Assembly (NCBI RefSeq): GCF_048593235.1
Contig: NC_133622.1
Location: 249,740,055-249,804,054 of the forward strand
DNA from: Sminthopsis crassicaudata
Lineage: Eukaryota
Reading direction: 5' to 3'
Length of the DNA: 64,000 nucleotides
Positions within the stretch are counted from its first letter, which is position 1. Each line of letters starts with the position of its first letter. Made by a program: the position numbers and the translations under genes. Of this stretch, positions 1-12,555 are shown in pieces. The notes beneath the pieces were generated by a model. That model saw nothing but the letters and a program-made list of their open reading frames with translations. It ran no database searches and had not been told where the DNA came from.

Positions 1-342
1 TGAGCCCAGGCCGGAAGCCCGGGCCGGAAAGGGGGCACATGCCTTCCAGCTGACATCAGCAGCGCCAGCCACCCCGCCCGCCTCGCCTGCCCCAGCCTCC
101 CCAGCCAGTTCTGTCTCCAGTCTGGGGATGGAGCTCTGGGTTGTCGCCACAGCAACAAGGGCCTTGGAGGAAGGCTTGCTGGAGGCCTCCTGGGGTCCAG
201 ATGGGCACAAGGACCGCTCAGGCTCCGGGCAGTGTTCTGTAGGTGCCCCTTCCCTCCCCCCCCCCTTGTAGGCAGGAGATGCCGGATCCCACCCCCCAAG
301 CACACAGACCAGGCTCAGCGTGCACAAAAGGCAGGTCCTGGC

Positions 343-348
343 TTTATT
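343..348 (-). terminator. Polyadenylation signal (AATAAA) of PPP1R14B
   Basis: tttatt on + at 343-348, about 270 nt downstream of the PPP1R14B stop codon on the - strand. Confidence 0.7.
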
Positions 349-619
349 CAAGGGCCTGTACGGCCATCGATATAAAAACACAAAAAGTCCCTCAGCTTAA
401 TAACAATAAAAAAAACCCCAAACGGAAACTCAGGGGGGCAGGGAGAGGCCCCGAGGAGGAGCTCAAGGGGCCCTCTGGGGGCACCAGGCCCAGGCAGCAG
501 GGCCCCCCCCTCAAGTATTGCTGTTGCTACGAGGTCTGGGGAAGTGGGGTGGGCAGCGATTGTCCTGGTGGGTGGCCCCCGCCTCGCCCCAGTCAAAGGG
601 TGGGGTGGGGGGCGGGGCC

Positions 620-2791
620 TCACTTCTTCTGGGGTGTGCTCAGCTTTTGCATCCCTCGGATCTTGTCTAGCAGGTCAGAGATGAAGGCCTGGTGGGAGAG
701 AAGCCAAGTTGGGGCGGGGAGGGGCTCCGTGGGACCCAGGCGTCCTGGCTGGGACACCAAAAGCCCTTGGATGGGGGAGCGGCTCGGGGATGGAGACCCC
801 CCCACACCCACAGTCTCTTACCTCGGTGGGTTTGTAACAGTCAACCAACAGCTCCTGAGGGAAAGAGAGGCACACGGTGAACCCCTTGAGGAGCCTCCTG
901 CCCAGCCCAAACCTGCTCCAGAGCTGCCCCGAGCTCAGGGACCCCCACAGGCGAGCCCTGAACGTGCAGCTAAAGCCCAAGGCTTGCGCCTGTGCCCGCT
1001 ACAGGCCAGGGGCTCGGGCTCTAGCACAGGGCAGCGCCCCTGCCCCACCTTGACTCGGGCAGCCCGAGTGCTGTCAGTCTCCATGTCCAAAAGCTCATCC
1101 ACGTCAATCTCCAGCTCAGGGATCTCTTCTTCCTGGGGACAGAAGGGGCTGAGTTGGGCACAGAGGGGAGAGGCTCCTGGGTGGGCTCCCCTGCCCGCAC
1201 CCTCAAGCACCCCCTCCCCTCCTCAAGCACTTTTGGAAGGTAGAGGGTGGCAGCTGCAGGGATAGAGAACCAGGGCCAACAGCACAGGGCTGAAGGGGAG
1301 ACAAATTGCCAGAAAAGAATCAAGGCAGCATCCTGCCAGCGGGCACAATGGGGCCAAAGGAGGAAGGGTGCCAAGCGGGTATTGCCAGGGGAACCCCAAA
1401 GTGAGGGCGCTCAGAGGAGGAAGACGAGGGGCAGGGAAAATAAGGAACAGGGCAGGCAGAAAGAAGATGGGTTCCTCCTGGCAAGGGCCGATCCCCCCTC
1501 GGGCACAGGTGGTGCCAGCTGCCTCTGTTCAACGGCTCCTGCCCCCATTCCCTCCTCCCCCCAAACACCTGCCATGAGCTTCCTGCCCAGCATGGGGGAG
1601 GGGGGCTCCACCACATCCCAGCCCCCTCCCTGGGAAGCAGCAGCTGGAGAGGGGAGAGGAGAGGAAGTGAGGATTGGGAGGGGTCAGAGGTCAGACCTGA
1701 GAAGCCTGGGACCCTTGGAAACAGGAACAATGGGAGGCTCTGGAGAGGGGGAGGGAAGGAGCCCCCAGCAGACCCTTCCAGAAGCAGCTGCATTCCAGGG
1801 CAGGGCCGGGGCCTCCCCCCACCGCACCGCACCGCACCCTTGGGTCCCTGACTCATCTCCATCAGCAACCCGAGTCGGGGAGGAGAGGGCGGGAAGAGCC
1901 CGGCGGGCAGACAATGGGCGCCTCCCCGCTCCCGCTCCCCAGCCAGGGCCGCCTTCCCGGGTCTCTGAGACCGCGCATGGGGGCGCCAAACAAGGGCCCT
2001 CCGTTCCATCTCCGAGCCGGGACTGGGAAGCCGGCACACCACGAGGGCAAGGGGAGGGGCGAGGCGAGTTCCGGGCCAGAGGGGGCTGGGCAGGGGGTGC
2101 ATTAGAGGAGGGCACAGGAGGGGAAGAGGAGAAAGGAGTGGGGGAGGGGAGCGTTCCAGGCTGGCCAGGGGTGATCGGGACGCCAGGGAACTGAGGCCAG
2201 TGGGAGGAGGAACAGGCTGGCGGGGTGGGGGGGGGGCTGGGTCTCAGGCCAGCTGGAGAAGGGGTGGGGAGCAGCATGGGGGAGAGTGGGGAGGGGAGAG
2301 GGGGGAACAGAGTCCCAGACTAGGAGGAGGAGGGGAGCCAGAACTGTCCCAGACCAGCAGGGGGGGCGCGAGTGAGGCCAGGGTCCCAGATGGGGAGGGG
2401 GGAATTGAGGCCAGGGTCCCAGATCCGGGGAGTTGGTGCCGGAGTCCCAGATCATCGTGGGGGTTGGGGGGAAGGTTCTTAGTCGGAGACGGGGCAGGGG
2501 GCCAGAGGGGGATGGGGGTGGGCGGGGTCCCGGCCCCCCGCTCACCTGGCAGTCGTACAGGCCGGTGAGCTGCTCCAGGATCCACTCCTCCAGGTTGAGC
2601 CGCTTCCGCAGCTCCTTGCGGTCATACTTGACCGTGACCTTGCCCTGGCGCCGCACCGGGCCCTCGTCCTCCGCCCCGGCCGGACCCTCGCCCGCCGCGC
2701 CCGGGGGGCTCTGGAAGTAGACGCGGGGGCCGGGGCCGGCCCCCCCGGGGGCCGCCACCGCCGCGCCGCCCGCCGGGCCGCTGTCCGCCAT
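620..2791 (-). CDS. PPP1R14B: Protein phosphatase 1 regulatory inhibitor subunit 14B (PHI-1), 143 aa, 4 coding exons
   Basis: Exons 2791-2546 (MADSGPAGG...RQGKVTVKYDRKELRKRLNLEEWILEQLTGLYDCQ), 1132-1049 (EEEIPELEIDVDELLDMETDSTRAARVK), 854-822 (ELLVDCYKPTE) and 688-620 (AFISDLLDKIRGMQKLSTPQKK*). All introns are GT-AG and phase 0. The CPI-17/PHI-1 phospho-Thr motif RQGKVT is intact. Confidence 0.97.
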
Positions 2792-3350
2792 CCGCGGCCG
2801 GGCCGAGGCCGAGGACGCCGGGCCACGTGCACGCACGCGCGGGGCGCCCGCGGGCGGACGGACGGACGGACCGCCGGACGGCGCCAGGGGCCGCTGCCCC
2901 CCGCCGCGTTCCGCCGCGCCCCGCCCCGGCCCGCCCCGCCGCCGCCCTTTGTCCCCGCCGCGCGAGCCGGAGCCGCCGCCGGAGCCTCCGGAGCCGCCGC
3001 CGCCGCCGCCTCTGTGTCTCGCTGGCTCCCCCTTCCCCGACCACACCCCCTTAAAGGGCCCGCCTCGCTGCGGGCCGCCCCCTCCCCAGCCCGGGCCGGC
3101 CTCCGCGCTCGGACCCGGGCCCGCCCCCCGCGCTCCCCCTCCTGAGCCCGGGACCCCGGCGCCCCCGGCCTCAGACTGCGGGGAGCCCCCGATGGGGCGT
3201 GGCCTGGAAGAGGGGTCGAGTGGGATAGCGAGCGCTTTCGTTCCTCTGTCGCTTACCTCCCCCCCCCCCCCCCCCCCCCCCCGCACCGCGCTGCAGAGTT
3301 GAAAGACCACTGGGGCGGGGGCAACCGGCACCGTTCAGGCCAGACTTGGG
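2500..3350 (-). promoter_or_regulatory. CpG island / promoter of PPP1R14B
   Basis: Dense CpG and GC-box content over and upstream of exon 1. Boundaries are approximate. Confidence 0.75.
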
Positions 3351-3908
3351 GGGTCTGAGGGAGCCCCCAAGATGGCTGCGCCCCGAGCAGTCTGGGCAAT
3401 GTAGTTCCGAGGGTCGTGTTGGGTCGCCCATCCCCCCACCGGACGCTCAGGCCTTGCTCCCCCTCCCCCCGCTAAGGATCCCCTAGCTCCGGAAGAGCGC
3501 TGGGGAGTGGGGCCGGGGGCCTTCCCGGAGCCCTTCCCGAGGTGCATCGTGTCCCCTCGGCCCCGGTCACCGAGCTCGGCCCCCGTCCCCAGCCCAAGGA
3601 GCCCTGTGGCGGACGGACAGGAGGCGCACCGGCCCCGAACTAGCGCAGCGGGAAGGCCGCGCCTTCGGCCCGACTCCACCACGAACCCATCTCCGCTTGT
3701 TTCCGTAGAAACAGCTCGACTTCCGCTTGTTAGCCCCATTTGTGGCTGTTCGGTCCGCTCCGCGCGGCCCCATTTAGGGTTTTCTGGGCAAAGTCGCTGG
3801 AGGACTTGGCCATTTCCTGCTCCAGCTCGTGGGGAAACTGAGGCAGACTGGGCCACATAGCAGGGAAGAGCCTGGATTTGAGCTCCTGGACGTGCTCTGT
3901 GCACTGCG

Positions 3909-3925
3909 GCGCCCCCTAGCGGCCC
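3909..3925 (-). promoter_or_regulatory. CTCF-like motif
   Basis: The reverse strand reads GGCCGCTAGGGGGCGC, a close match to the CTCF core CCASYAGRKGGCRS. Binding is not demonstrated. Confidence 0.55.
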
Positions 3926-4223
3926 CATTTCGCGGAGGAAAAACTGAGGCAGGCAGAAGGGCAGTTCTGAGAGCATTAGAACTCGGGGCTTGCCTCTCTG
4001 CGCACGACGCCACCTAGCTGCCTCAAGGTGAAGCGTCACAGGTCCCCCCTATTGCTAGGAGGAGGACTCTTGGCTGGTGGGAAACTGAGGGTCAAAAGAA
4101 GCCGACTCAGTGCTCCTTCACTTGGATCTGGGTCAGAGGGCTTGGGTCCAAATGGAAGTTGGGTGGGAGAAGGTGGGATGTGGGCGCCTGAGAACCTCAG
4201 CCCAGGATGCTTCAGACCCATTT

Positions 4224-4326
4224 AGATGCAGGGTCCCGGGTGCTGGCCGAGATGCAGGGTCCCGGGTGCGGGCCGAGATGCAGGGTCCCGGGTGCGGGCC
4301 GAGATGCAGGGTCCCGGGTGCGGGCC
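4224..4326. repeat. Minisatellite, 26-bp unit x4
   Basis: Unit agatgcagggtcccgggtgcgggccg, tandemly repeated and near-identical. Confidence 0.9.
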
Positions 4327-5009
4327 CAGCCCTTCTTCATCTGGAGCCGAAGCAGCCAGCTGACCAAGTGAAGATGGCCGGAGCCCGAATGGCAGCAGTA
4401 ACGACTTAGGAGCCAACAGTGAGACGGGAGAGGTGGGATTGGAAAGAAGTCACCCACTCATCAAAGGAGACAGGCCCGAGCTCAGGCCATGCCCAGAGAC
4501 TGTCGGGGGCCAGGAAACGGAGGAGATGGCCACAAAACAGGGGTGGGCAGCAGGAAGGAAACCAGAGGCTCAGGAGGAAGGTCTGTGCTCTGCTCCCGGC
4601 TCCGCTGAAGCCTTTTATGAACGGGAGGAAGCAGGCCCAACGGGAAGACCCCCGGATTTTGGACCTCCAGTCAATGCAGAGCCCCAACCCAGTTCTAGAG
4701 GACTCATAATGAAAGGTGGTTTGCTCCAGAAAAGAGCTCAGAGACCTCCCCCCAGGCCCAACGAGCCATATTTTCTTCATTTTCCTTTCCTTGTTTTTGT
4801 ACGTGGCTGATGTATTACCATGATTGTATATTTGCAATTTTCTTTTTTTTTTTTTTTTTGCCTTCTCTATATGTGGGGGAAGGAAGAGAAAGAATTCAGA
4901 ACTAAAATAAAATAAAATTGAATTTAAAAAATCAATTGAGACTTTTTTTTTTTTTAATGGTACAGGAGACAGATTGCTGGGTTTGGAGTAAAAAAAAATG
5001 AAATTCAAA

Positions 5010-5110
5010 TCTACTTTTGGATACTTACTAGCTATGTGACACTGGCCAAGTTATTCAACCTCGGACTCCTCCTCTGTGAAATGGGGATCATTAATATTTG
5101 TGAAGCACCT
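5010..5110 (+). mobile_element. CORE-SINE (MIR-like) fragment
   Basis: acttactagctatgtgacactggccaagttattcaacctc...ctctgtgaaatgggg resembles the MIR core. Confidence 0.55.
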
Positions 5111-5302
5111 GGCAGTAGTAGGCATTCTATCATATAAATCATATCAAATCATGATTAAGATTCCCTTCACTTCTGACCTGATGTGGGTCATTTCACTCCA
5201 AGAAGACAAGGACTTGTCCAAAGTCACGGAGAAAGTGGAGACTCTGAACTCAAGGCCCATCCGCTTTGAGCCGTGCTTCTCATCTCCACGATGGCCATTT
5301 TC

Positions 5303-7051
5303 TTTCTTTTTTTTTTCTTTTTTATTAATTTTTATAATTATAACATTTTCTTTGACAGTACATATGACAGTACAACATTATCCCTTGTACTCCCTTCTGT
5401 TCTGAATTTTTCCCCTTCTTCCCTCCACTCCCTCCCCTAGATGGCAGGCATTCCCATACATATTAAATATCTTATAGTATATCCTAGGTACAATATATAT
5501 GTGCAGAACCGAATTTTGTTGTTGTTGCTGTTGCAAAGGAAGAACTGTATCCGGAAGCTAAAAATAATCTGGGAAGAGAAACAAAACAAAACACAACAAA
5601 AAAAACCAATGCTCTCAGTTTACACTCATTTCCCAGTGTTCCTTTTCTGGGTGTAGCTGATTCTGTCCATCATTAATCAATTGGAATTGGATTAGCTCTT
5701 CTCTATGTTGAAGATTTCCACTTCCATCAGAATACATCCTCATACAGGATCATTGTTGAAGTGTATAATGATCCCTAGTTCTGCTTGTTTCACTCAGCAT
5801 CAGTTGGTGTAAGTCTCTCCAAGCCTCTCTGTATTCCTCCTGTTGGTCATTTCTTACAGAACAATAATATTCCATAACCTTCATATACCATAATTTACCC
5901 AACCTTTTTCCAATGGATGGGCATCCATTCATCTTCCAGCTTCTAGCCACTATGAAAAGAGCTGCCACAAACATTTTGGCACATACAGGTCCCTTTCCGC
6001 TCTTTAGTATTTCCTTGGGATATAAGCCCAGTAGTAGTACGGCTGGTCAAAGGGTATGCACATTTTGATAACTTTTTGGGCATAGTTCCAGATTGCTCTC
6101 CAGAATGGTTGGATTCATTCACAACTCCACCAACAATGCATCAGTGTCCCAGTTTTCCCACAGCCCCTCCAACATTCATCGTTATTTGTTCCTGTCATCT
6201 TAGCCAATCTTAGCCAATAATGATATCTCAAAGTTGTCTTAATTTGCATTTCTCTGATCAATAGTGATTTGGAATACTCTTTCATATGAGTGGAAATAGT
6301 TTTAATTTCATCATCTGAAAATTGTCTGTTCATATCCTTTGACCATTTATCAATTGGAGAATGGCTTGATTTCTTATAAATTAAAGTCAATTCTCTGTAT
6401 ATTTTGGAAATGAGGCCTTTATCAGAACCCTTAACTGTAAAAATGTTTTCCCAATTTGTTACTTCTCTTCTATCTTGTTTGCATTAGTTTTGTTTGTGCA
6501 GAAACTTTTTAATTTGGTGTAATCAAAATGTTCTATTTTGTGATCAATAATGCTCTCTAGTTCTCCCTTGGACACAAACTCCTTCCTCCTCCACAAGTCC
6601 GAGAGATAAACCATCCCCTGTTCCTCAAATTTATTTATGATTTCGTTCTTTATGCCTAAATCATGGACCCATTTTGATCTTATCTTAGTATGTTGTGTTA
6701 AATGTGGGTCCATGCCTAGTTTCTGCCATACTAATTTCCAGTTTTCCCAGCAGTTTTTGTCAAATAATGAATTCTTATCCCAAAAGTTGAGATCTTTGGG
6801 TTTGTCAAACACTAGATTAGTATTTTTATTCACTATCTTGCCCTGTGAACCTAACCTATGCCACTGATCAACTAGTCTATTTCTTAGCCAATACCAAATG
6901 GTTTTGGTGACTGTTGCTTTATAATATAGTTCTAGATCAGGTACAGCTAGACCACCTTCATTTATTTATTTATTTATTTTCATTATTTCCCTGGAAATCC
7001 TGGACCTTTTGTTGTTCCATATGAATTCTGTTGTTATTTTTTCTAGGTAGT
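5303..7051 (-). mobile_element. 5'-truncated marsupial LINE-1 (ORF2 C-terminus + 3'UTR + poly-A) with 18-bp TSD
   Basis: Frameshifted ORF2 pieces (NLVFDKPKD...NSLFDKNCWENWKLVWQKLG, CWRGCGKTGTLMHCWW, FVAALFIVARSWKMNGCPSIG). A T-rich tail lies at the left end. TSD tccacgatggccattttc (5285-5302) / tccacggtggccattttc (7052-7069). An internal (ATTT)n lies near 6960. Confidence 0.93.
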
Positions 7052-9899
7052 TCCACGGTGGCCATTTTCAAAGTCTGCCGGACCTGGTGTCTCATCTGAG
7101 GCTCCCGACCTCCATCCAGGGTCCCCAGCTCCAGGCCTCCCTCCCCTTTCCATAACTTCCCCAGCCTGGGGCAGTGCCATGGGTGGGGGGGAACAAAGGA
7201 CAGAAATGAGGAGAGGAATGGGAACTGGTAACCCCAGCTCATCTGGGCCCAAGCCTGGGAGGGCTGGATTCCGGGTGAAGGGACCCTTTGGTGGCTTTGG
7301 AATCCCTCTGAAGTCAGAGACGCTGGAAGCCCAATCAGCGCTCCCTCTTTCATGGCGGCGTCTCAAGTTGCTCAGTGGATGCTCTTTTGCCCTTAAAAGC
7401 TGGGCTGTTGGAATAGTCAATCACTGTAGGGGGAGCGGGAGGCTCCCTGGAGGAGGGTGAAGACAATGGGCTGTGAATGTTGCCCAGGAAGGCTATTTCA
7501 CCCCTTTCCAACTGAGCTGTGGGGCTCAGGGACCCCATAGTCCTCCCAGCAGGTCTGTTCAAGACGCAGAGCAGAGGAAATGAGCAGCACCCCCGGGGCC
7601 AGCTTGGGTCACATCTCCACCACATATTCCATGGTGTAGTGTCAGAACTGGGGGGTGGGGCTTAGAACAAGAAATGTCAGGGCTGGGAGAGGGTCTTAGA
7701 ACATGGAATGTCATAGCTGAAAGGGACCTTAGAGAGCACTTACTATAATTTTACACTTAGAAAAGCTCTATGAAGACCTGACCCAAGGCCTTGGCCCAAG
7801 CTCTTTCCTCTGCAGTGGGCCTGCAGACAGGAAATAATACTTCCTGAGAGGGTTAGATGGGCAGTGGGCTTTTGCAGAAACGCCGCTGGCCTGGGGTCCA
7901 CAGTCCTTCCCCCCCTTTTCTGTGGCTTCCTGAGGAAAGGGGCCAAGTGCCTGAAATCAGGGCTGTCGGGGAGAATCCAGGCCAGATGGCTGCCGCCCCT
8001 ACCTTTCTCTACCTGTTCTTTACAGAGCAGCATCCCTAGAGGGGGGAAGGGTGGTTCATCAGGCAGGATAGAAACATCCCTTAAGAACAGCCCAGTCCCT
8101 TTGCTCTAATTCTGAGCAACCTCCTGCTTCTGTTTTAATTCTGTCTCCTGAGCAGACCGAGCCTCCGGGAGGGAGGCCCCGGGCGGGCGGACACCGTGCT
8201 CTGGTTTTCTCTCCGGGTACATCATAGACTCCATTATAAATTCATCATTTGGCCCTCTGGTCCCCAGGAAGGTCCTTCTGGGCCTGAGCTGAACCCAGTC
8301 GGTTCAAGCCATCAGTTAATTAAGCTGCCCTTGACCTCCTCAATCTGCCAAAACTGAGAACTGGGCCCTGCACCTGAACTAATCCTACCAGGGTGATGTA
8401 AGCACAGGATATGTCCGGTCAGGACAGGAGCAGCGTCCTCTCCTTGCAAGCCAGCGTTTTAAAGGGGCTGTGTGGGAGAGTAGTTAGAGCAGCATGGACT
8501 TTGTAGCCAGGATTAATCCTGGCTCTGCTACTTAACTAGCTTCAAGATCTAGGGATTCTCTGGGCTTCCATTTCTGAGAATGGTTTCACACTCAGTAATC
8601 CCACTTTCACGCAAAAGAAAAAAAAAAGCCCCAAGCATTTCTTAAGCACACAAGCCCTAGTGCTCAACTCAAAGTGGATCCCCCCCCCCCCTGCGCAGCC
8701 TGGCCCAGGCTCAGCCTTAAGGAGTTTGGATGCTGATGGGGACCCCACACAGATAAACAAAAATTAAAGACGCCCTCCCAACTGCCTTCCCCCCTTCCCC
8801 CATTCAGGTCAGAGAGCTTAGACTTTTCTGCCAACAGGAATTGCTCTTTTTCCCTCTTTGTTTTCCCTCCGCCTGGCACTCGAGCCCAAGCCGGAGACCT
8901 CCAGGCTAATGTTCCAAGTCACAGTGGCTGCTGCCTGGGGGAGAGAGGGGGGGCCCAGCCTTTCAGCTCTGGCTCAAACTCTCCCTTTCTGCCCATACCG
9001 AGGTTCATCCAAGGGGGACAGATCTTGGGGTACCCCAGGAGCCCGGTCCTCCTTCTTCCCTGCCCCCCAACTGCCTCCTTTTACCTGTATCTAGTCCGGG
9101 GCATCTTTCATGTCTGGACCATTCCAGGAACCAGGCAAGAAGGTTCAAAGTTTCTTGTATTCACTGCAGAGGGCCAGGTTTCCCATATCCTGATTCACCC
9201 AGCCCCCTTTCCCACCCCCATCCTCATATTACCTAGCTAATGTTGCTTTCAGCTCCACTGCCAGAGGCTCTGGGGAGGGTGGGGTGGGGTTAATCGAGAG
9301 CTGAGGCTGGAAGGCACCAGGCCTCTCCCTCCACCATTACCGAGACGCCCCATTCCCATTACCGGGGCTTGGAGAGTGTCCGGAGGAAAAAGCCCTCTTC
9401 CAGGGAGCCCTCTGGGACCATTGCACCGGAGAATTAACACTCACTCTTCCATTGTCTGCTAAGGGCACTTTCCCAGGCAGAGCCTCCAGAAAATTCCTCC
9501 CTTTCCCTCCCCAGCGTCTCTGTCTTTAGGAAGTCTGGAAGGAAGCAGGGATGGCAGAGACTTGCAAGTTGCATTTGATGCAAATTAGGAAACTGAGGCA
9601 GATCGGCAAAGGGTCTGGCTCCAGGTCAGCCAAGCAATCTCCTAGAGCCACCCAGCGGGAATGGTGAGGCTCATGGAGGCCCATCTCTAGGTCAGGAAAG
9701 GGCTCCGAGAGACTCAAGTGCCTTGGCCAAGGTATCTGGGGAGTGAGGGGCAGAGGCAGAAAGCTAGTCCCTCTCCCTTGACACCCCCCCGCCCCCCAGC
9801 GAATCTGCGTCTTCTACTCAGGGTAGCCTCTTGCTCTTTCCAAATTCTCATCTCTTCCCAGACTCTGCTTGGAACTCTGGGCTGGCTTTCCTGGGATCT

Positions 9900-11150
9900 A
9901 GACCTTATCTTTCCCTGTCCCTTTCTCCTCTCCCCGTCCCTCTCTCTTCTCTGTCTCTTTTCTCTGTATTCTTTCTCTTGTCTCTAGCTCTATCCCTCTC
10001 CCATCTCTGCCGCTCTTCTCTTTAGTTCCCTCTCTCTCTTCCATCTTTCTCTTGTCTCTAGCTCTATCTCTCTCCCATCTCTGACTGTCTCTGTCTCTCT
10101 TCTCTCTAGCTCGGTCTCTTTTCCATCTCTCTTTTCTCTAGTTGTATCTCTTCCAGCTCTATCTCTCTTCTCTCTAGTTGTCTCTGTCTCTCTGCCATCT
10201 TCCATCTGTCTCTCTCCAGTTCTCTCTTTAACTCTGTCTCTGTCCCATCTCTGCTCATCTCTGTATCTTTTTCTCTTCTCTGTCTTGCATCTTTCTCTTT
10301 TCTAGTTCTGTTTATTCCAGCTCTCTTGTCTCTAATTGTCTCTCTTCCATCTCAGCCTGTTTCTCTTTAGTTCTGCCTCTCTTCTATCTAGCTGTCTCTC
10401 TTCCATCTCTACCTGTCTCCCCCTAGCTGTCTCACTTCTACCTCAGTCTCCTCTCTTTTCTCTAGCTTTGTCTTTCTTCCATCTGTCTATTTAGTTCTCT
10501 CTCTTCTATCTCTGCTTGTCTCTCCAGCTTCATCTCTGTCTCTCTTCTCCCTAGCTCTATCTTCCATCTCTCCCTGTCTCTCCCTAGCTCTCTCTCTTCT
10601 GTCTCTCTCTTCTCTCTAGCTTTGTCTTTCTTCCATCTCTCTCTTCTGTTTATTTCTATCTCTTCTCTTTTTGCCTGTCTCTCTAACTCTTTTCTCTCTA
10701 GCTTTGTCTTTTTTCCATCTGTCTCTTTTCTATTTAGTTCTTTCTCTTCTTTCTGTCTCTCTTCCATCTCTTTTTTCTCTAGTTCTGTCTCTTCCAGCTC
10801 TATCTTCTCTCTAGCTCAGTCTGTCTTTTTTCCATCTTCCATCTGTCTGTCTCCAGCTCTCTTTAGCTGTCCTTTTTCTCTCTAGCTCTAGCTCTCTCCC
10901 ATCTGTCTTTCTCTCTTCTTTCTTGTTCACTCTCTTTTTCTCCAGTTCTGTCTCTTCCAGCTCTATCTTCTTTCTAGCTCTGACTCTGTCTCTCTTCCAT
11001 CTTCCAGCTCTGGCTCTCTTTAGCTCTTTTTTTCTCTCCAGCTGTCTCTGTCTCTCCCATTTCTGCCCCACCTCTGTATCTTTGTCTCTCACCTCTCGGC
11101 TCTGGCCCCTCTTACCGCTCCCTCCCCATCTCCATCTTTCTCTCTGGCAC
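9900..11150. repeat. About 1.2-kb degenerate CT-rich (polypyrimidine) low-complexity tract
   Basis: Almost only C/T on +, with recurring tctctagc and ttccatct sub-motifs. Confidence 0.9.
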
Positions 11151-12364
11151 GGGTTCTAGCCCCAGTTCTTCTCTGCTAACTGAATCAGTCCCAGTCACCC
11201 TTGAGATCCAGTCCCCCAACTCTAGAGCTGCGGGATTGATGGAGGCTCGGAGGCAGCCTGGAGCAGTTGGGCTCGATCTGTGCCTTAGAAGACCCCGGTT
11301 CAAGCCCTGCCCCTGGCTGGGGACCCCCAAGCTTCTCCCAGCAGCTTGCATGGGTGAACCGGTCTGAGCTCCTTCAGCACCCCAGGAGGCTGTAAGTTCC
11401 CTGAGGGCAGGAAGTTCCCTTTGGACCAAAGCCAGCAGGGACTGCAATACCTTGGTAGCTGTCTCCCTCTATCCAGTCTCGGGATTCGATTTCCAGGGGA
11501 GTCTGAGAACAAAGGCCAAGAGAAAGGCCATGGCCTCCACGTCAGAGACCTGGGTGGGCTTTCTAGACTTGGCCCTTCCACCGCCCTTGGGCCAGATCCC
11601 TTCTTGCTGAGCCAGGTGCCAGTAAGGTGTCCAAAGGAGGCCACGCTCCAGTCCGGGAGAATTGCTCTGTACCACAGTCCCTTCACCTGAGAAATGGGTA
11701 TGTTCCCATCTGCCTGAGAAGGCGCAGTCGGCAATCCTGGAAGAACTGGAATATTGAGAACTCCTATATTGTTTTCTGCTCCAGGAATATGAGTCAGTTG
11801 AGCTAGAGGTCCCTGCCATCTGGGAAGGCTCCGATGTGTATGTAGGTGCCAGACCGGGATGTTTGACAGTGGGCAATTTAGCAAAGAAAATTGTCAGCAA
11901 TTGGACTTGAGGTCAGGGAACCCTGTGGTTAGCCCTAGTGGGGATCCGCCCCAGCTGTCCCTCCCTAGCAGGGGGCTGACTTCGGAGAGGAAAGGAAGGA
12001 GCTCTGGGAGCCCGGCTGGAGGAGAGCAGGGAGCCAGGCCCTGGGAGACGGGGGCAGCCTCTGTTCCACTTGGCCACTTCCCAGGGCATCCTGGGAGCCA
12101 GAGGGGCCTCCGGCCCTGGGCAGGCCTCCCCTGAGTCAGCAGAGTGGACTTTCTGAGAAAATCCTGGTGACCCAGGCGAGACTTAAAGGCTTTGGGGCCA
12201 GGCCAGCGGGCGGCTTCTGTACAGAAGCAGGCCTAGTCAGCTGGTTTACTCCTGGCTAAACTCAGCAGCTTAGTGCTAGGGACTTGTCCAGGGTCACCCA
12301 GTCAGGATTCCCTCCGAGGCGGGGCTTGGTACAGGACTCTCTCTGATAGGATTCGAGCTACTTG

Positions 12365-12555
12365 AGAGGCAGTGAGGAGGTACCCCAGTGCATGGAGCAC
12401 CCATCAGGAGTCTGGGAGTTCAACTATGACTTCAGATACTTACTGGCGGGGAGATCCTTTACCACATGACTCAGTTTCCTCATCTGTAAAATGAGAAGGA
12501 AATGGCAAACCACTCTGTAATCTTTGCCAAGAAAACCCCAAATTGGGTCTCAGAG
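12365..12555 (+). mobile_element. Mar1/MIR-type CORE-SINE
   Basis: tRNA-like head, core ctcagtttcctcatctgtaaaatg and Mar1-type tail gaaggaaatggcaaaccactct...ttgccaagaaaacccca. Confidence 0.7.

Noticed and set aside
1-340. FKBP2 3' end, expected next to PPP1R14B by human synteny
   Set aside because: No FKBP-type coding sequence or + strand AATAAA is visible. Only ETS/CRE-like motifs lie at 10-60. The gene may be outside the window, so no conclusion is drawn.
243-2194. Long ORFs 243-1265 and 1247-2194 (+) and similar Pro/Gly/Arg-rich ORFs across all CpG islands
   Set aside because: Expected stop-codon scarcity in about 70% GC sequence. They are antisense to or overlap real genes, with low-complexity products and no recognisable domain.
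4224-4326. Regularly spaced repeats here and at 28102-28290 and 31912-32145 as CRISPR arrays
   Set aside because: The units are directly tandem with no unique spacers, there are no cas genes and the context is mammalian. They are minisatellites.
9990-11092. E/R/K-rich ORFs on the - strand
   Set aside because: Translations of the GA/CT low-complexity tract.
11600-11900. Coding-looking patch (EELEY*ELLYCFLLQEYESVELEVPAIWEG)
   Set aside because: Contains stops and I recognise no homologue. A BLASTX search would be needed before calling it a pseudogene.
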